DNA of 64,000 bases. It comes from an uncultured Actinomycetota bacterium. GTDB lineage: Bacteria > Actinomycetota > Actinomycetes > JAFAQI01. Of the stretch, positions 20,098 through 30,139 are shown one piece after another. Both the position numbers and the translations under genes were made by a program. The stretch is from assembly GCA_963835405.1 (NCBI GenBank), contig CAWIFV010000013.1, positions 78,271-142,270 of the forward strand, written 5' to 3'. Within the stretch, counting starts at the first letter, position 1; every line of letters starts with the position of its first letter. The notes beneath the pieces are model-generated. The model saw only the letters and a list, made by a program, of their open reading frames with translations. It had not been told where the DNA came from and did no database searches.

Positions 20098-20526
20098 TCA
20101 CGCGAGCTGGACGACCGCCCGGGCCTTGGCCAGCACCTTGGTGTCGTCGACGCGGGCCTCGAGGTCGACGGCCACGCGGTTGCCGTCGAGCTTCTCCGCG
20201 ACCGTGCCGGACACCTGGAGCGCGGCGCCCTTGTCGTCGTCGGCGACCACGACCGGGGAGGAGAACCGGACGCCGTACTCGACGACGGCACCGGGGTCGC
20301 CCGCCCAGTCGGTCACCACCCGACCGGCCTCCGCCATCGTGAACATGCCGTGGGCGATGACGTTCGGCAGGCCGACGGACGTGGCCACCCGCTCGTTCCA
20401 GTGGATGACGTTGAAGTCACCGGAGGCACCGCAGTACTGGATGAGGTTGGCGCGCTGCACCTGGAACGTCTGCGCGGGCAGCGCGGTCCCGACCTCGACG
20501 TCGTCGTAGCTCACCTTCGCCGTCAT
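20098..20526 (-). CDS. MaoC-like (R)-specific enoyl-CoA hydratase/dehydratase, HadB-like
   Basis: ORF track, 142 aa. Hot-dog fold, motif ...CGASGDFNVIHWNERVATSVGLPNVIAHGM... Confidence 0.8.
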   Translation of the reverse strand: MTAKVSYDDVEVGTALPAQTFQVQRANLIQYCGASGDFNVIHWNERVATSVGLPNVIAHGMFTMAEAGRVVTDWAGDPGAVVEYGVRFSSPVVVADDDKGAALQVSGTVAEKLDGNRVAVDLEARVDDTKVLAKARAVVQLA

Positions 20527-20530
20527 CGGG

Positions 20531-20995
20531 TCAGCCCTCCTGCGCGGACGCCGCGGTGCCGCGGGACACGATCGTGTTGTAGGCGGTGGCGATGGGCTCG
20601 CCCTCGGTGGTGCGGACCTCCTGGCGGATGGTCATCAGCTCGTTGCGGCCGGCGTCCCGGATGTCCTCCACGACGCTCGTCGCGGTGAGGACGTCGCCGG
20701 GCCGCACCGGGCGGTGGTGGACGTAGCGCTGCTCGCCGTGCACGACGAGCGCGTAGTTGAGCCCGAGGTCCGGGTCGGCGACGGGGCCGACGCCGAGCCG
20801 GAACCCCAGCACCGTCAGGAAGGTCGGCGGGGCGATGACGTCGGGGTGGCCCGAGCGCCTTCGCGGCCTCGGGTCCCGGTACGCCGGGTTGGGGTCGCCG
20901 ATGGCGTCCGCGAACTTGCGGATCATCTCGCGGCCGACCTCGTAGGTCTGGTCGGAGGCGTACTCACGACCGATGAAGTCACGGTTCAGCGGCAT
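20531..20995 (-). CDS. MaoC-like dehydratase, HadA-like; probable pair of compensating 1-bp indels near 20845-20875
   Basis: Internal start MPLNRDFIGREYAS...NYALVVHGEQRY. The segment RDPRPRRRSGHPDVIAPPTF becomes RDPEAAKALGHPDVIAPPTF if one G is restored and one G removed, 27 nt apart. Confidence 0.7.
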   Translation of the reverse strand: MPLNRDFIGREYASDQTYEVGREMIRKFADAIGDPNPAYRDPRPRRRSGHPDVIAPPTFLTVLGFRLGVGPVADPDLGLNYALVVHGEQRYVHHRPVRPGDVLTATSVVEDIRDAGRNELMTIRQEVRTTEGEPIATAYNTIVSRGTAASAQEG

Positions 20996-20997
20996 GC

Positions 20998-22132
20998 CGC
21001 GGACGTTATCGCAGCGCCAGGTCGTCCTCGGCGTCCCGGGCCAGCCGCGAGACGGGCACCGGGTCGTCGAAACCGCGGATGACCTGCGGGCCCGAGCGGC
21101 GTCGACGCGGCGACGATCCGCGAGCCGCTCGACGACAGCCTGCGAGACGAGGACGTCACCCGCACTCGGCGAGGGCGACCAGGCGCGCGGCCAGGTTGAC
21201 CACCGGACCGAAGTAGTCGCCGTCGAGCGCCAGGGCAGTGCCGACGGTGACCCCGGCCCGGGCGTCGAGACCCCGCTCCCGGGCCGCACGCACGAGGTCG
21301 TCCGCGACCGCCACCGCCGAGACCGCGTCGTGGGTGACGTACATGACGGCGTCGCCGATGAACTTCATCAGCCGGCCGCCGTGGTCCTGCACGACGTCGG
21401 CGGCGATCTCCTCGAACCGGGTGAGCAGCTGGGACAGTCCGTCCATGGTGAGCTGCTGGGTCAGGCCGGTGAAGCCGCACAGGTCCGCGAAGCCGACGGC
21501 CACCCGGATACCGCTCTCGTCGACGCTCTCCCAGCTCTCGGTCCGCTCGAAGTGCATGCGGGCCGACTCGATGTGGTGGCGGAACAGCACGTCGAGCGCC
21601 CGGCCCAGCTCCGGCACGACGGTGGCGACCCCGGCGAAGGACTTGGCGGTGGCCAGCTCGCTGCCGGAGATCGTCACCGACATGTCGGGCAAGTTGCCGC
21701 GGACGTCGTGCCCAGCGCGTCGCCGAGGCGGGCGAGGGAGGAGCCCATGACGCGGGCGAGCCCGAGCACGGGTGGGAGGCCGAGGACGTCGACCAGGAAC
21801 AGGGCGGTGCGGAGCACGGCGACGTCGTCGGGGGAGGCGACCGCGGAGCCGGGGTCGGCCTCGACCAGGCCGAACGCCCGCCAGAGCGCCCGCACCGTGT
21901 CGGGAGGGGCGTCGATGTGCTCGGCGACCTCGTCGAGGGTCAGCTGGTCGCGCCCGGGGCGGATGACCCGGTCGCCGGCAAGGGCGAACAGCCGGCCGCG
22001 GGCGTGCGCGGCCACCATCTCCTCGATCGTGCAGCCCTGCTCGACGAGGAAGGCGAGGAGCTCGCGGCGCTCGGCAGCGCCGGGCGAGTCTGGTTCGTAC
22101 AGCCCGGCGGCGGCGAACGCCTCCAGGTCCAC
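20998..22132 (-). CDS. Class III adenylate/guanylate cyclase with N-terminal regulatory domain; at least two frameshifts, 3' end uncertain
   Basis: Catalytic core ...VGFADLCGFTGLTQQLTMDGLSQLLTRFEEIAADVVQDHGGRLMKFIGDAVMYV...NLAARLVALAECG (ORF 21156..21692). The N-terminal domain is in ORF 21674..22132. C-terminal continuation DVLVSQAVVERLADRR is in a third frame. Confidence 0.5.
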
Positions 22133-22142
22133 GGCGCGAGCG

Positions 22143-22307
22143 CTACCTGGTCTCTCTGTGCGCCGTGTGCCGGCGACAGTTGGGGCAGAACTTCTTGAGC
22201 TCCATGCGGTCCGGGTCGTTGCGCCGGTTCTTCTTGGTGATGTAGTTCCGGTGCTTGCACTCGTTGCAGGCCAACGTGATCTTCGGCCGGACGTCGGTGG
22301 CTGCCAC
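22143..22307 (-). CDS. rpmG: 50S ribosomal protein L33
   Basis: Reverse translation [54 protein letters not shown], 54 aa. Too short for the ORF track. Confidence 0.9.
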   Translation of the reverse strand: MAATDVRPKITLACNECKHRNYITKKNRRNDPDRMELKKFCPNCRRHTAHRETR

Positions 22308-22362
22308 GGTGCGGACCTTCCTGAGCGCTGGAGCGGACTGCTGACGAACAGACGGACAAGCG

Positions 22363-22436
22363 TAGCGGAGGCCGGACTTGAACCGGCGACACAGCGATTA
22401 TGAGCCGCTTGCTCTACCTGGCTGAGCTACTCCGCC
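22363..22436 (-). tRNA. tRNA-Met (anticodon CAT, elongator-type)
   Basis: Reverse complement GGCGGAGTAGCTCAGCCAGGTAGAGCAAGCGGCTCATAATCGCTGTGTCGCCGGTTCAAGTCCGGCCTCCGCTA. Confidence 0.85.
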
Positions 22437-22589
22437 GTGGACGTCCTCGCCCCGTGGGGCGGAACGGCCGATCCATTCTGACACAGAGGATGGGTGTCGC
22501 GCCGGGCCGAGACGCTCAGGTCGCGGCCAGGTCGACACCGTCGACGATCGTGGCCGGCGGGCTGCGGTGGGGTCGTCGGCCGACACCGG

Positions 22590-22665
22590 TGGAGCCCCCT
22601 TACGGAATCGAACCGTAGACCTTCTCCTTACCATGGAGACGCTCTGCCGACTGAGCTAAGGGGGC
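22590..22665 (-). tRNA. tRNA-Thr (anticodon GGT), CCA encoded
   Basis: Reverse complement GCCCCCTTAGCTCAGTCGGCAGAGCGTCTCCATGGTAAGGAGAAGGTCTACGGTTCGATTCCGTAAGGGGGCTCCA. Confidence 0.9.
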
Positions 22666-22706
22666 GAGCCGGGCCAGGCTACCCGGGGGCAGGCTGGCTG
22701 GTCTCG

Positions 22707-22788
22707 TGGCGGGTGTTGGGTTCGAACCAACGTAGGCTGAGCCGACGGTTTTACAGACCGTTCCCTTTGACCACTCGGGCAACCCGCC
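22707..22788 (-). tRNA. tRNA-Tyr (anticodon GTA) with long variable arm
   Basis: Reverse complement GGCGGGTTGCCCGAGTGGTCAAAGGGAACGGTCTGTAAAACCGTCGGCTCAGCCTACGTTGGTTCGAACCCAACACCCGCCA. Confidence 0.9.
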
Positions 22789-22824
22789 TGGTTTGCGACC
22801 GACAGAATAGCGGAGGCCGACGCC

Positions 22825-23319
22825 GTGGCTGACTCGTCTTTCGACGTCGTGAGCAAGGTCGACCGGCAAGAGGTCGACAACGCGCTGAACCAAGCCGCGA
22901 AGGAGATCGGACAGCGGTACGACTTCAAGAACACCGGCGCCTCGATCGCGTGGAGCGGGGAGAGCGGCGTCGAGATCAGAGCGAACAGCGACGAGCGGGT
23001 GAAGGCCGTGCTCGACGTGTTCAAGGAGCGCCTGATCAAGCGCAGTGTGTCGCTGAAGGCGCTCGACCACGGCGAGCCGCAAGCCGCCGGCGGCAACACC
23101 TCGCGGCTCCTGGTGACGATCAAGCAGGGCATCGACGACGAGAAGGCACGTGCGATCGTCAAGCGCATCAAGGCGGACGGCCCGAAGGGCGTCCAGTCGC
23201 AGGTGCAGGGCGACACCGTCCGTGTGTCGTCGAAGAAGCGCGACGACCTGCAAGCCGTCATCGCCATGCTGCGCGAGGCCGACTTCGGCATCCCGCTGCA
23301 GTTCCAGAACTACCGCTGA
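22825..23319 (+). CDS. yajQ: YajQ family (UPF0234) nucleotide / cyclic-di-GMP-binding protein
   Basis: ORF track, 164 aa. [36 protein letters not shown]... is a characteristic YajQ N-terminus. Confidence 0.85.
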   Translation: MADSSFDVVSKVDRQEVDNALNQAAKEIGQRYDFKNTGASIAWSGESGVEIRANSDERVKAVLDVFKERLIKRSVSLKALDHGEPQAAGGNTSRLLVTIKQGIDDEKARAIVKRIKADGPKGVQSQVQGDTVRVSSKKRDDLQAVIAMLREADFGIPLQFQNYR

Positions 23320-23326
23320 CCCGGCG

Positions 23327-24301
23327 TCAAAGCCAGTCGCGGCGCTTGAACGTCACGTACAGCGCCGCGACGCCGACGACGCACAACGCGAGAGCGACCA
23401 GGCCGCCGACCCAGGTGTCCGCATGGGGCCAGGTGTGCACGTTCATGCCGTAGTAGCCGGTGATGATCGTCGGTACGGCGGCGATCGCCGCCCACGAGGT
23501 GACGGCCTTCATGATCTCGTTCATCCGGTTGCCCTGGATGGTGAGGTTGGTCTCGAGGATCGTCGCGACGAGGTCGCGGAGGGAGTCGGTCCAGTCCGTC
23601 GCACGCAACACGTGGTCGTAGACGTCCTGGTAGTAGGGCATCATCCCGGCGTCGACGAGGTCTGACTGCCGGCGCATCAGGGCGTTGAGAACCTCCCGGG
23701 TCGGCAGCACGACCCGGCGCAGGAGCACCAACGACTTCCGCAGCTCGAAAGACCGCCGCTGGACCTCCGGCCCGCGCGGTCGGTCGTCGAACAGCATGTC
23801 CTCGAGGGTCTCGATCTCGTCGTCGAGCTGCTGCACGGTCTCGAAGTGACCGTCGACGACGACGTCGAGCAGTCCCCAGAGGAGGAAGCCGACCCCGTGC
23901 TGCGCGAGCTGTGCGCTCTCGTCCCAGCGCCGGACGACGTCGTCCATCGGGAAGCGCGGGTCCTTGCGCACCGTGATCAGGTAGCGCGGCGCGGCGAAGA
24001 CCGCGAGCTCCGCGCTGTCGAGCTCACCGGTCTCCCGGTCGAGCTCCACGTCGTAGAGCGCGAGGAAGACGTGGTCGTCGTAGTGGTCGAGCTTCGGCCG
24101 CTGCCGCTCGTGGAGCGCGTCCTCGACCGCGAGCGGGTTCAGCGCGAACTCCTTGGCGATCAGCGCGAACTCGTCGCTGCTGGGCTCGGTGACGTCCATC
24201 CAGACGAACGTCTCGGGCTCGTCGAGGAAGTCGGAGATCCGCTCGGGCGAGAAGCCCTCGTCGGCGCAGCTGCCGTTGCGGTAGACCCGCGTGCGAATCA
24301 C
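23327..24301 (-). CDS. corA: CorA family Mg2+/Co2+ transporter
   Basis: C-terminal TM pair with YGMNV (GMN) motif. GTG start VIRTRVYRNG at 24301. The upstream part of the long ORF is Arg/Pro-rich junk. Confidence 0.8.
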   Translation of the reverse strand: MIRTRVYRNGSCADEGFSPERISDFLDEPETFVWMDVTEPSSDEFALIAKEFALNPLAVEDALHERQRPKLDHYDDHVFLALYDVELDRETGELDSAELAVFAAPRYLITVRKDPRFPMDDVVRRWDESAQLAQHGVGFLLWGLLDVVVDGHFETVQQLDDEIETLEDMLFDDRPRGPEVQRRSFELRKSLVLLRRVVLPTREVLNALMRRQSDLVDAGMMPYYQDVYDHVLRATDWTDSLRDLVATILETNLTIQGNRMNEIMKAVTSWAAIAAVPTIITGYYGMNVHTWPHADTWVGGLVALALCVVGVAALYVTFKRRDWL

Positions 24302-24347
24302 GGGGGGGACAGTACCCGCGAAGCGCCGGCGGTCCGGGGTTGGGCGG

Positions 24348-25895
24348 TCAGGGTTGGGCGGCCCGCGTCGCGCCGGCGGCGTCGTCCGCCCAGTCGAGGA
24401 CGGGCTGCGGGTAGACCGACAGCGCCACGGTCGCGGCGAGAGCGACCCCGAGGCCCGCGACAACCGGCGTGGAGCGCGGTGCGAGGACGGTCGGCTCCCG
24501 GCCGTCCTCTTCGCCACCGGCCGGCCGGCCGGTGGCGAAGAGGACGGCCGTGACCCGCAGGTAGTAGGCAAGCCCGATGACGGTGTTGACGGCCGCGATG
24601 ATCGCCAACCAGGTGGCACCGCCGTGGACGGCGTCCCGAAGCACGACGACCTTGGCGAACAGGCCGGCGACCCCCGGCGGCAGACCGGCGAGGGCAGTGA
24701 GGAACAACCCGAAGACGACGGCCAGGACGGGTGAGCGCCGGACCAGCCCGCGCGCGTCAGCGATGGCGCCCCGGGGCTCGCGCCGGACGATCGCGGCGAC
24801 GCAGGCGAAGGCACCGAGGTTCATCGCGACGTAGACGGCGAGGTAGGTGAGCGTCGCCTGCGCGGCGAGGCGCATCTCGGCGGGCACCCGGCCGCCGCTG
24901 GTCGCCGCGACCCCGAGGGGCACCAGCATGTAGCCGGCCTGGGCGACGGTGGACCACGCGAGCAGCCGGACCAGGTGCCACTGCCGGAGAGCGACGAGGT
25001 TGCCCACGGTCATCGTCACCGCGGCCAGCACGGCCACGACGGGTCCCCATACGTCGGCGTAGGGGCGGAAGGCGTCGAGCAGCAGCACGAGCAGCCCGGC
25101 GAAGCCGGCCGCCTTGGACGCCGTGGACAGGAACGCGGCGACCGGCACCGGAGCGCCCTGATAGGTGTCCGGAACCCAGAAGTGGAAGGGCACCGCGGAG
25201 ACCTTGAAGGCGAAGCCCGCGATGACGAGGACGACAGCGGTGGCGGCGACGGCGGACTTCGACCCACCCGCCTGGTGCACCGGTCCGAGCGCCGCCGCGA
25301 TCCGGTCCACCTGGAGGCTGCCGGTGACGCCGTAGATCATCGCCATGCCGTAGACCGTGATCCCGGTGGAGACGACGGAGAAGAGGAAGAACTTGAGCGC
25401 GGCCTCGCTGCCGCGCGGGTCGCCCCGGCGCAGCCCGACGAGCACGAACGCGGGCAGTGAGACGACCTCGAGGGCGACGACGAGTGACAGGAGGTCGCGA
25501 GCCGCCGCGAGCACGAGCATGCCGGTGACGGAGGCGAGCAGGAGGAAGTGGAACTCCCCCGGAGCGAGCCGATGCTCGACCACGGTCGTGACGGACAGCA
25601 GCAGGACGACGACGAGAGCGAGCAGGACGAGCACCTGGAAGAACGCCGTGAACCCGTCGGCGACGTAGGAGCAACCCCCGTCCGGGAAGCACAGCGTCCG
25701 CCGGGGTGACCGCCCGTCGACCGGCAGCCAGACCGCGAAGCCCAGGGCAGCCACTGCACCCGCCAGCGACAGACCGCTGAGGACCTCCGGCTTGCGCCTG
25801 TCGATGAACAGGTCGGCGAGCAGGACGACGACCGCCCCCACCGCGAGCGCGAGCGACGGTGCCAGCGCCAGGTAGTCGATGCTCTGGATCTTCAT
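24348..25895 (-). CDS. nuoN: Complex I-like antiporter subunit NuoN (second set)
   Basis: Start MKIQSIDYLALAPSLALAVGAVVVLLADLF overlaps the nuoM2 stop (ATGA). Intact polytopic Mrp-like subunit. Confidence 0.85.
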   Translation of the reverse strand: MKIQSIDYLALAPSLALAVGAVVVLLADLFIDRRKPEVLSGLSLAGAVAALGFAVWLPVDGRSPRRTLCFPDGGCSYVADGFTAFFQVLVLLALVVVLLLSVTTVVEHRLAPGEFHFLLLASVTGMLVLAAARDLLSLVVALEVVSLPAFVLVGLRRGDPRGSEAALKFFLFSVVSTGITVYGMAMIYGVTGSLQVDRIAAALGPVHQAGGSKSAVAATAVVLVIAGFAFKVSAVPFHFWVPDTYQGAPVPVAAFLSTASKAAGFAGLLVLLLDAFRPYADVWGPVVAVLAAVTMTVGNLVALRQWHLVRLLAWSTVAQAGYMLVPLGVAATSGGRVPAEMRLAAQATLTYLAVYVAMNLGAFACVAAIVRREPRGAIADARGLVRRSPVLAVVFGLFLTALAGLPPGVAGLFAKVVVLRDAVHGGATWLAIIAAVNTVIGLAYYLRVTAVLFATGRPAGGEEDGREPTVLAPRSTPVVAGLGVALAATVALSVYPQPVLDWADDAAGATRAAQP

Positions 25896-27397
25896 CCGAG
25901 CACCCCCCGCACCGCGGTCTCGCTCATGCCCAGCACCAGTCGGGGCCACAAGCCGACCGCGACGGTCAGCACCACGAGGGGCACCCACGCGGCGAGGTCG
26001 GCGGCGGTGGTGTCGGGCACGGCGGCCTCCCGCCATCGCGCCACGACCAGCCCGAAGTCGACCCGGCGCAGCATGGCGACGAAGTAGCCGACGGTGACGA
26101 CGGTGCCGAGACCGGCCACGACCATCGCGGTGAGGAACAGCGGTCGCGCCAAGGTGGCCGCCGGCGACCAGGCGCCGAGCATCGCGAGCATCTCGCCCCA
26201 GAACCCGGCCAGGCCCGGGAGGCCCAGGCTCGCCACGGCGGCGAACACCGTCAGGCCGCCGAGCGCGGGGGTCTTGGCCAGCATCCCGCCGCCGAGCTCG
26301 TCCATGTCGCTGGTGTGGAAGCGCTCCTTCACGCCGCCGACCAGGAAGAACAGCAGACTCGTGATCAGGCCGTGCGCGATGTTGCCGATGAGTGCCCCCT
26401 GGACGCCGGTCGGCGTGAGCGTCGCGATCCCGAGCAGGACGAACCCCATGTGACCGACGCTCGAGAACGCGATCAGCCTCTTGAGGTCCCCGGCCGGGGC
26501 GCGCGCGATCGCCAGGCAGGCCAGGGTCGCGTAGGCGATGCCCACCACGGCGAGGGCCGCGAGGGCGGGCGCGGCCCGCCGGGCACCGTCGGGCACGGCG
26601 GTGATGGCGATCCGGACCAGGCCGTAGGTGCCCATCTTGAGCAGGAGGCCGGCCAGGAGCACCGAGCCGACCGTCGGTGCCTCGGTGTGCGCGTCCGGGA
26701 GCCAGGTGTGCAGCGGCCACATGGGGCTCTTGATGCCGAAGCCGAGCAGCAGCAGCACGAACGCGAGCAGCTGGGCGCCGGCGCCGATGCCGAAGCCGTG
26801 CGCGGCACGCAGCGCAACCATGTCGAAGGTGCCGGCGCTCGCGTAGATGACGAGGAAGCCGACGAGCATCAGCGCCGACCCGAAAAGCGTGAAGAGGATG
26901 AACTTCGTGGCCGCAGCGGCCCGGCCGGAGCCGCCCCACACCGCGATCAGGAAGTACATCGGGATGAGCACGACCTCGAAGAAGAGGAAGAACACGATGA
27001 GGTCGAGGGCGACGAAGGTGCCCAGAACGCCGACCTCGAGCAGCAGCACGAGCTGCAGCAACTGCGGCACCCGGCCCGCTTCGGGGGGCGAGCCGACCGT
27101 CCAGAGCACGCACAGGACGGTCAGAAGGGTGGTGAGCAGGACCAGGGGCAGGCTGATGCCGTCGACACCGAGGTGGAAGCGGACGTCGATCGCGGGGATC
27201 CACCGGGCGTCGACGACGTGCTGCATGTGGTCGGCGGCGCCGAAGTCGAACCGCGCCGCGACCACGGCGGAGACGACCAGCGCGCCGCCGCTGGCGCCGG
27301 CCGCCACGACCGTCGCCACGCGGTCGGACAGCCGCGGCACGAACAGCGCAAGGGCGCCGAGCGCGGGCAGGCCGAGCAGGACCGGCAGCAGCGTCAT
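25892..27397 (-). CDS. nuoM: Complex I-like antiporter subunit NuoM (second set)
   Basis: Start [19 protein letters not shown] at 27397 overlaps the nuoL2 stop. Intact. Confidence 0.85.
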   Translation of the reverse strand: MTLLPVLLGLPALGALALFVPRLSDRVATVVAAGASGGALVVSAVVAARFDFGAADHMQHVVDARWIPAIDVRFHLGVDGISLPLVLLTTLLTVLCVLWTVGSPPEAGRVPQLLQLVLLLEVGVLGTFVALDLIVFFLFFEVVLIPMYFLIAVWGGSGRAAAATKFILFTLFGSALMLVGFLVIYASAGTFDMVALRAAHGFGIGAGAQLLAFVLLLLGFGIKSPMWPLHTWLPDAHTEAPTVGSVLLAGLLLKMGTYGLVRIAITAVPDGARRAAPALAALAVVGIAYATLACLAIARAPAGDLKRLIAFSSVGHMGFVLLGIATLTPTGVQGALIGNIAHGLITSLLFFLVGGVKERFHTSDMDELGGGMLAKTPALGGLTVFAAVASLGLPGLAGFWGEMLAMLGAWSPAATLARPLFLTAMVVAGLGTVVTVGYFVAMLRRVDFGLVVARWREAAVPDTTAADLAAWVPLVVLTVAVGLWPRLVLGMSETAVRGVLG

Positions 27398-29253
27398 GCG
27401 GCAACCGCCACCGAGACGGAGACCACCACGACGAGGACGCCGACGACGAGGGCGCTGAGGTAGGCCTGCACGTTCCCGTTCTGCAGCCGGCGGAGCCCCC
27501 CGCCGGCGAGCGCGGCCGACCGGCCGGTGCCGACGACGGTCGCGTCGAGACCCCGCCGGTCGGTCACGAGAACCGCCCGGCCCACCGCCTGCGCCGGCCG
27601 GACCACGGCCGCGGCGTAGAGCTCGTCGACCCAGAACGCCCGCTGCAACGGTCGCGCCGCGCGCCCCAGCGCCAGCACCGGGTCGTCGGCCGGGCGGCGG
27701 CGGTGCAGCGCGGCGACCGCGGCCACCGCGAGGAGGGCGACGGCCGTCGCGAGCACGACGCCGACCCAGCCGACGTCCAGCTCCGCGCTGCCTGCCGGGG
27801 CAGCCATCCATCGGGACACGCCGTACGACGAGGGCAGGAGCGGCAGGCCGAGCGCGACGGCCAGCGCGGCGAGCAGCACGAGCGGACCGGTCATGACGGG
27901 AGGCGACTCGTGCAGTGCCGACTCCGGCACGCGCGCGGCGCCGCGGTAGGTGCCCAGGAAGGTGCGGACCACCAGCCTGGTGACGTAGGCCGCGGTCACG
28001 AAGACGGTCGCGAGGCCGGTCGCGAAGACGGCGACCCCCAGCGCGCCGCCCCGGTCGAGAGCGGCAGCGAGGATCCCGTCCTTGCTGAAGGCGCCGGCGA
28101 ACGGCGGCAGGCCGGCCAGCGCGCCCGCCCCCACGAGGGCGGTCCAGAACGTGACGGGCATCGCCCGCCGCAGCCCGCCCATCTCGCTCATGAGGTTGGT
28201 CCCGACCGCGCGGAGCACCGACCCGGCGGCGAGGAAGAGCAGGGCCTTGAACGCGGCGTGGGTGAGCAGGTGCCAGACCCCCGCGGTCCAGCCATGGACG
28301 GACAGCCCGGCCGCCATGTAGGCCAGCTGGCTCACCGTCGACCAGGCCAGGACCCGTTTGAGGTCGTCGTCGGCGAGGGCCGCGAGCGCCGCCCCCAGCA
28401 TGGTGACGCACGCGAGGATGCCGAGCACGGTGAGGGCGACGGGGGCGGCGAGGAAGACCGGGTAGAGCCGGGCGACGAGGTAGATGCCGGCCGCCACCAT
28501 CGTGGCCGCGTGGATGAGAGCGCTGACGGGCGTCGGGCCGGCCATCGCGTCGGGCAGCCAGACGTGCAGCGGGAACTGCGCGCTCTTGCCGACGACACCG
28601 CAGAGCAGCAGCAGCGCCCCCGCGGTCACGGTCGCATGCGGCAACGATGCGGCCCGTGCGCTGACGTCGCCGATGTCGAACGTGCCGGCACCCAGACCCA
28701 GGGCGAAGATGCCGAAGAGGAAGCCGGTGTCACCGAGGCGCGTGGTCACGAATGCCTTGACCGCCGCGGCCCGGGCACCCTCGGTCTGCCAGTAATGGCC
28801 GATGAGGAGGTAGGAGCACAGGCCCATGACCTCCCAGCCGATGAGCAGCTCGAACAGGTCGCTGGCGACGACGACGAGCAGCATGGCGGCCGTGAACAGC
28901 GAGATCTCCGCGGCGTAGACGCGGTAGCGCGGGTCCCCCGCCATGTAGGCGATCGAGTAGACCTGCACGAGGAGAGCGACCACGCACACCATGACCGCGA
29001 CGACCGCGGCCAGGCCGTCGACCCGGGTCCCGACGTTCAGGACCAGACCACCGATCGGGGACCAGTCCGTCGCCGACTCGTGCACGGCTGCCGGGTCGGT
29101 CTCCACCGCGGCGACCAGCGCGACCGCGACGCCGAGGGCCCCGACCGCACCCGTGACGGCGATCCCCGCCGGCCAGCGCCGGAGCGGGCCGAACAGGCCG
29201 AGCACCGCCGCGAGCGCGGGCAGTGCGGGCAGCAACCATGCCCAGCCGGTCAC
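27394..29253 (-). CDS. nuoL: Complex I-like antiporter subunit NuoL (second set)
   Basis: ORF track, 619 aa, intact. Motif [22 protein letters not shown]. Confidence 0.85.
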   Translation of the reverse strand: MTGWAWLLPALPALAAVLGLFGPLRRWPAGIAVTGAVGALGVAVALVAAVETDPAAVHESATDWSPIGGLVLNVGTRVDGLAAVVAVMVCVVALLVQVYSIAYMAGDPRYRVYAAEISLFTAAMLLVVVASDLFELLIGWEVMGLCSYLLIGHYWQTEGARAAAVKAFVTTRLGDTGFLFGIFALGLGAGTFDIGDVSARAASLPHATVTAGALLLLCGVVGKSAQFPLHVWLPDAMAGPTPVSALIHAATMVAAGIYLVARLYPVFLAAPVALTVLGILACVTMLGAALAALADDDLKRVLAWSTVSQLAYMAAGLSVHGWTAGVWHLLTHAAFKALLFLAAGSVLRAVGTNLMSEMGGLRRAMPVTFWTALVGAGALAGLPPFAGAFSKDGILAAALDRGGALGVAVFATGLATVFVTAAYVTRLVVRTFLGTYRGAARVPESALHESPPVMTGPLVLLAALAVALGLPLLPSSYGVSRWMAAPAGSAELDVGWVGVVLATAVALLAVAAVAALHRRRPADDPVLALGRAARPLQRAFWVDELYAAAVVRPAQAVGRAVLVTDRRGLDATVVGTGRSAALAGGGLRRLQNGNVQAYLSALVVGVLVVVVSVSVAVAA

Positions 29254-29600
29254 GGCGCTTCCGCCCCCGTCGACTCGACGGGCTGGCGCGGGTCCCGGTC
29301 GGCGAGCTGGGTGAGTTCGTCGATGGCAACGGTGTGGCGCAGCCTGAACACGGACAGGACGATCGCGAGCCCGACCCCGACCTCGGCCGCCGCGATCACC
29401 ACGATGAACAGCGCGAACACCTGCCCGCCGTGCAGCGTGTCCTTGAACCAGGCGTCGAAGGCGACGAGGTCGAGATTGGCCGCGTTGAGCATCAGCTCGA
29501 CCGCCATCAGCACGGCCACTGCGTTGCGGCGGGCGAGCACGCCGTAGACGCCCACCCCGAAGAGCAGCGCCGACAGAGCGACGGCGAGGGACAGATGCAT
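29250..29600 (-). CDS. nuoK: NuoK (second set)
   Basis: ORF track. ...[24 protein letters not shown]... Confidence 0.85.
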   Translation of the reverse strand: MHLSLAVALSALLFGVGVYGVLARRNAVAVLMAVELMLNAANLDLVAFDAWFKDTLHGGQVFALFIVVIAAAEVGVGLAIVLSVFRLRHTVAIDELTQLADRDPRQPVESTGAEAP

Positions 29601-30139
29601 CAGGGCCGCTCCGCGTCGGCGGCCCGGTCGCCGGGCTGCCCCCGGGTCAGGACGACGGCGCCCACGAGGGCCGCCAGCAGAAGCACGCTCGCCACCTCGA
29701 AGGGCAGCACGAAGTACCGGAAGACCGACTCGCCCAGCACGCGGCCGTCACCGACGGCGGTGCCGTGGACGTCGACGTAGGCACTCCGGAACGCCGACAC
29801 CATCAGGACGGCGAGCAGCCCCCCGGTCGACAGTCCGGCCAGCGCGGCGACGGGCCGGTTGGCGCTGTCGAGCTCCTGCGACCGGCCGACCGGCGCGCGC
29901 GTCAGCATCGCGCCGAAGAGCATGAGCACGACGATGGCCCCGATGTAGATGAGCACCTGGACCCATGCGACGAACTCCGCGGTCAGGACCAGGTAGCAGC
30001 CGGCCAGCGCCCCGAAGCACACCACCAGCCAGAGCGCGGCGTGGATGACGTTGCGCACGGTGACGACCAGCACGGCGGATGCGAGGCAGAGAACCGCGAG
30101 CAGGCCGAAGACGACGTCGGCTCCCGTCACCGCGCTCAC
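29600..30139 (-). CDS. nuoJ: NuoJ (second set)
   Basis: GTG start [19 protein letters not shown] overlaps the nuoI2 stop (GTGA). 179 aa. Confidence 0.8.
   Translation of the reverse strand: MSAVTGADVVFGLLAVLCLASAVLVVTVRNVIHAALWLVVCFGALAGCYLVLTAEFVAWVQVLIYIGAIVVLMLFGAMLTRAPVGRSQELDSANRPVAALAGLSTGGLLAVLMVSAFRSAYVDVHGTAVGDGRVLGESVFRYFVLPFEVASVLLLAALVGAVVLTRGQPGDRAADAERP

Noticed and set aside
22437-22589. 150-bp spacer between tRNA-Met and tRNA-Thr. Checked for a small RNA or ORF.
   Set aside because: No convincing structure or coding signal. Probably just tRNA promoter and spacer sequence.
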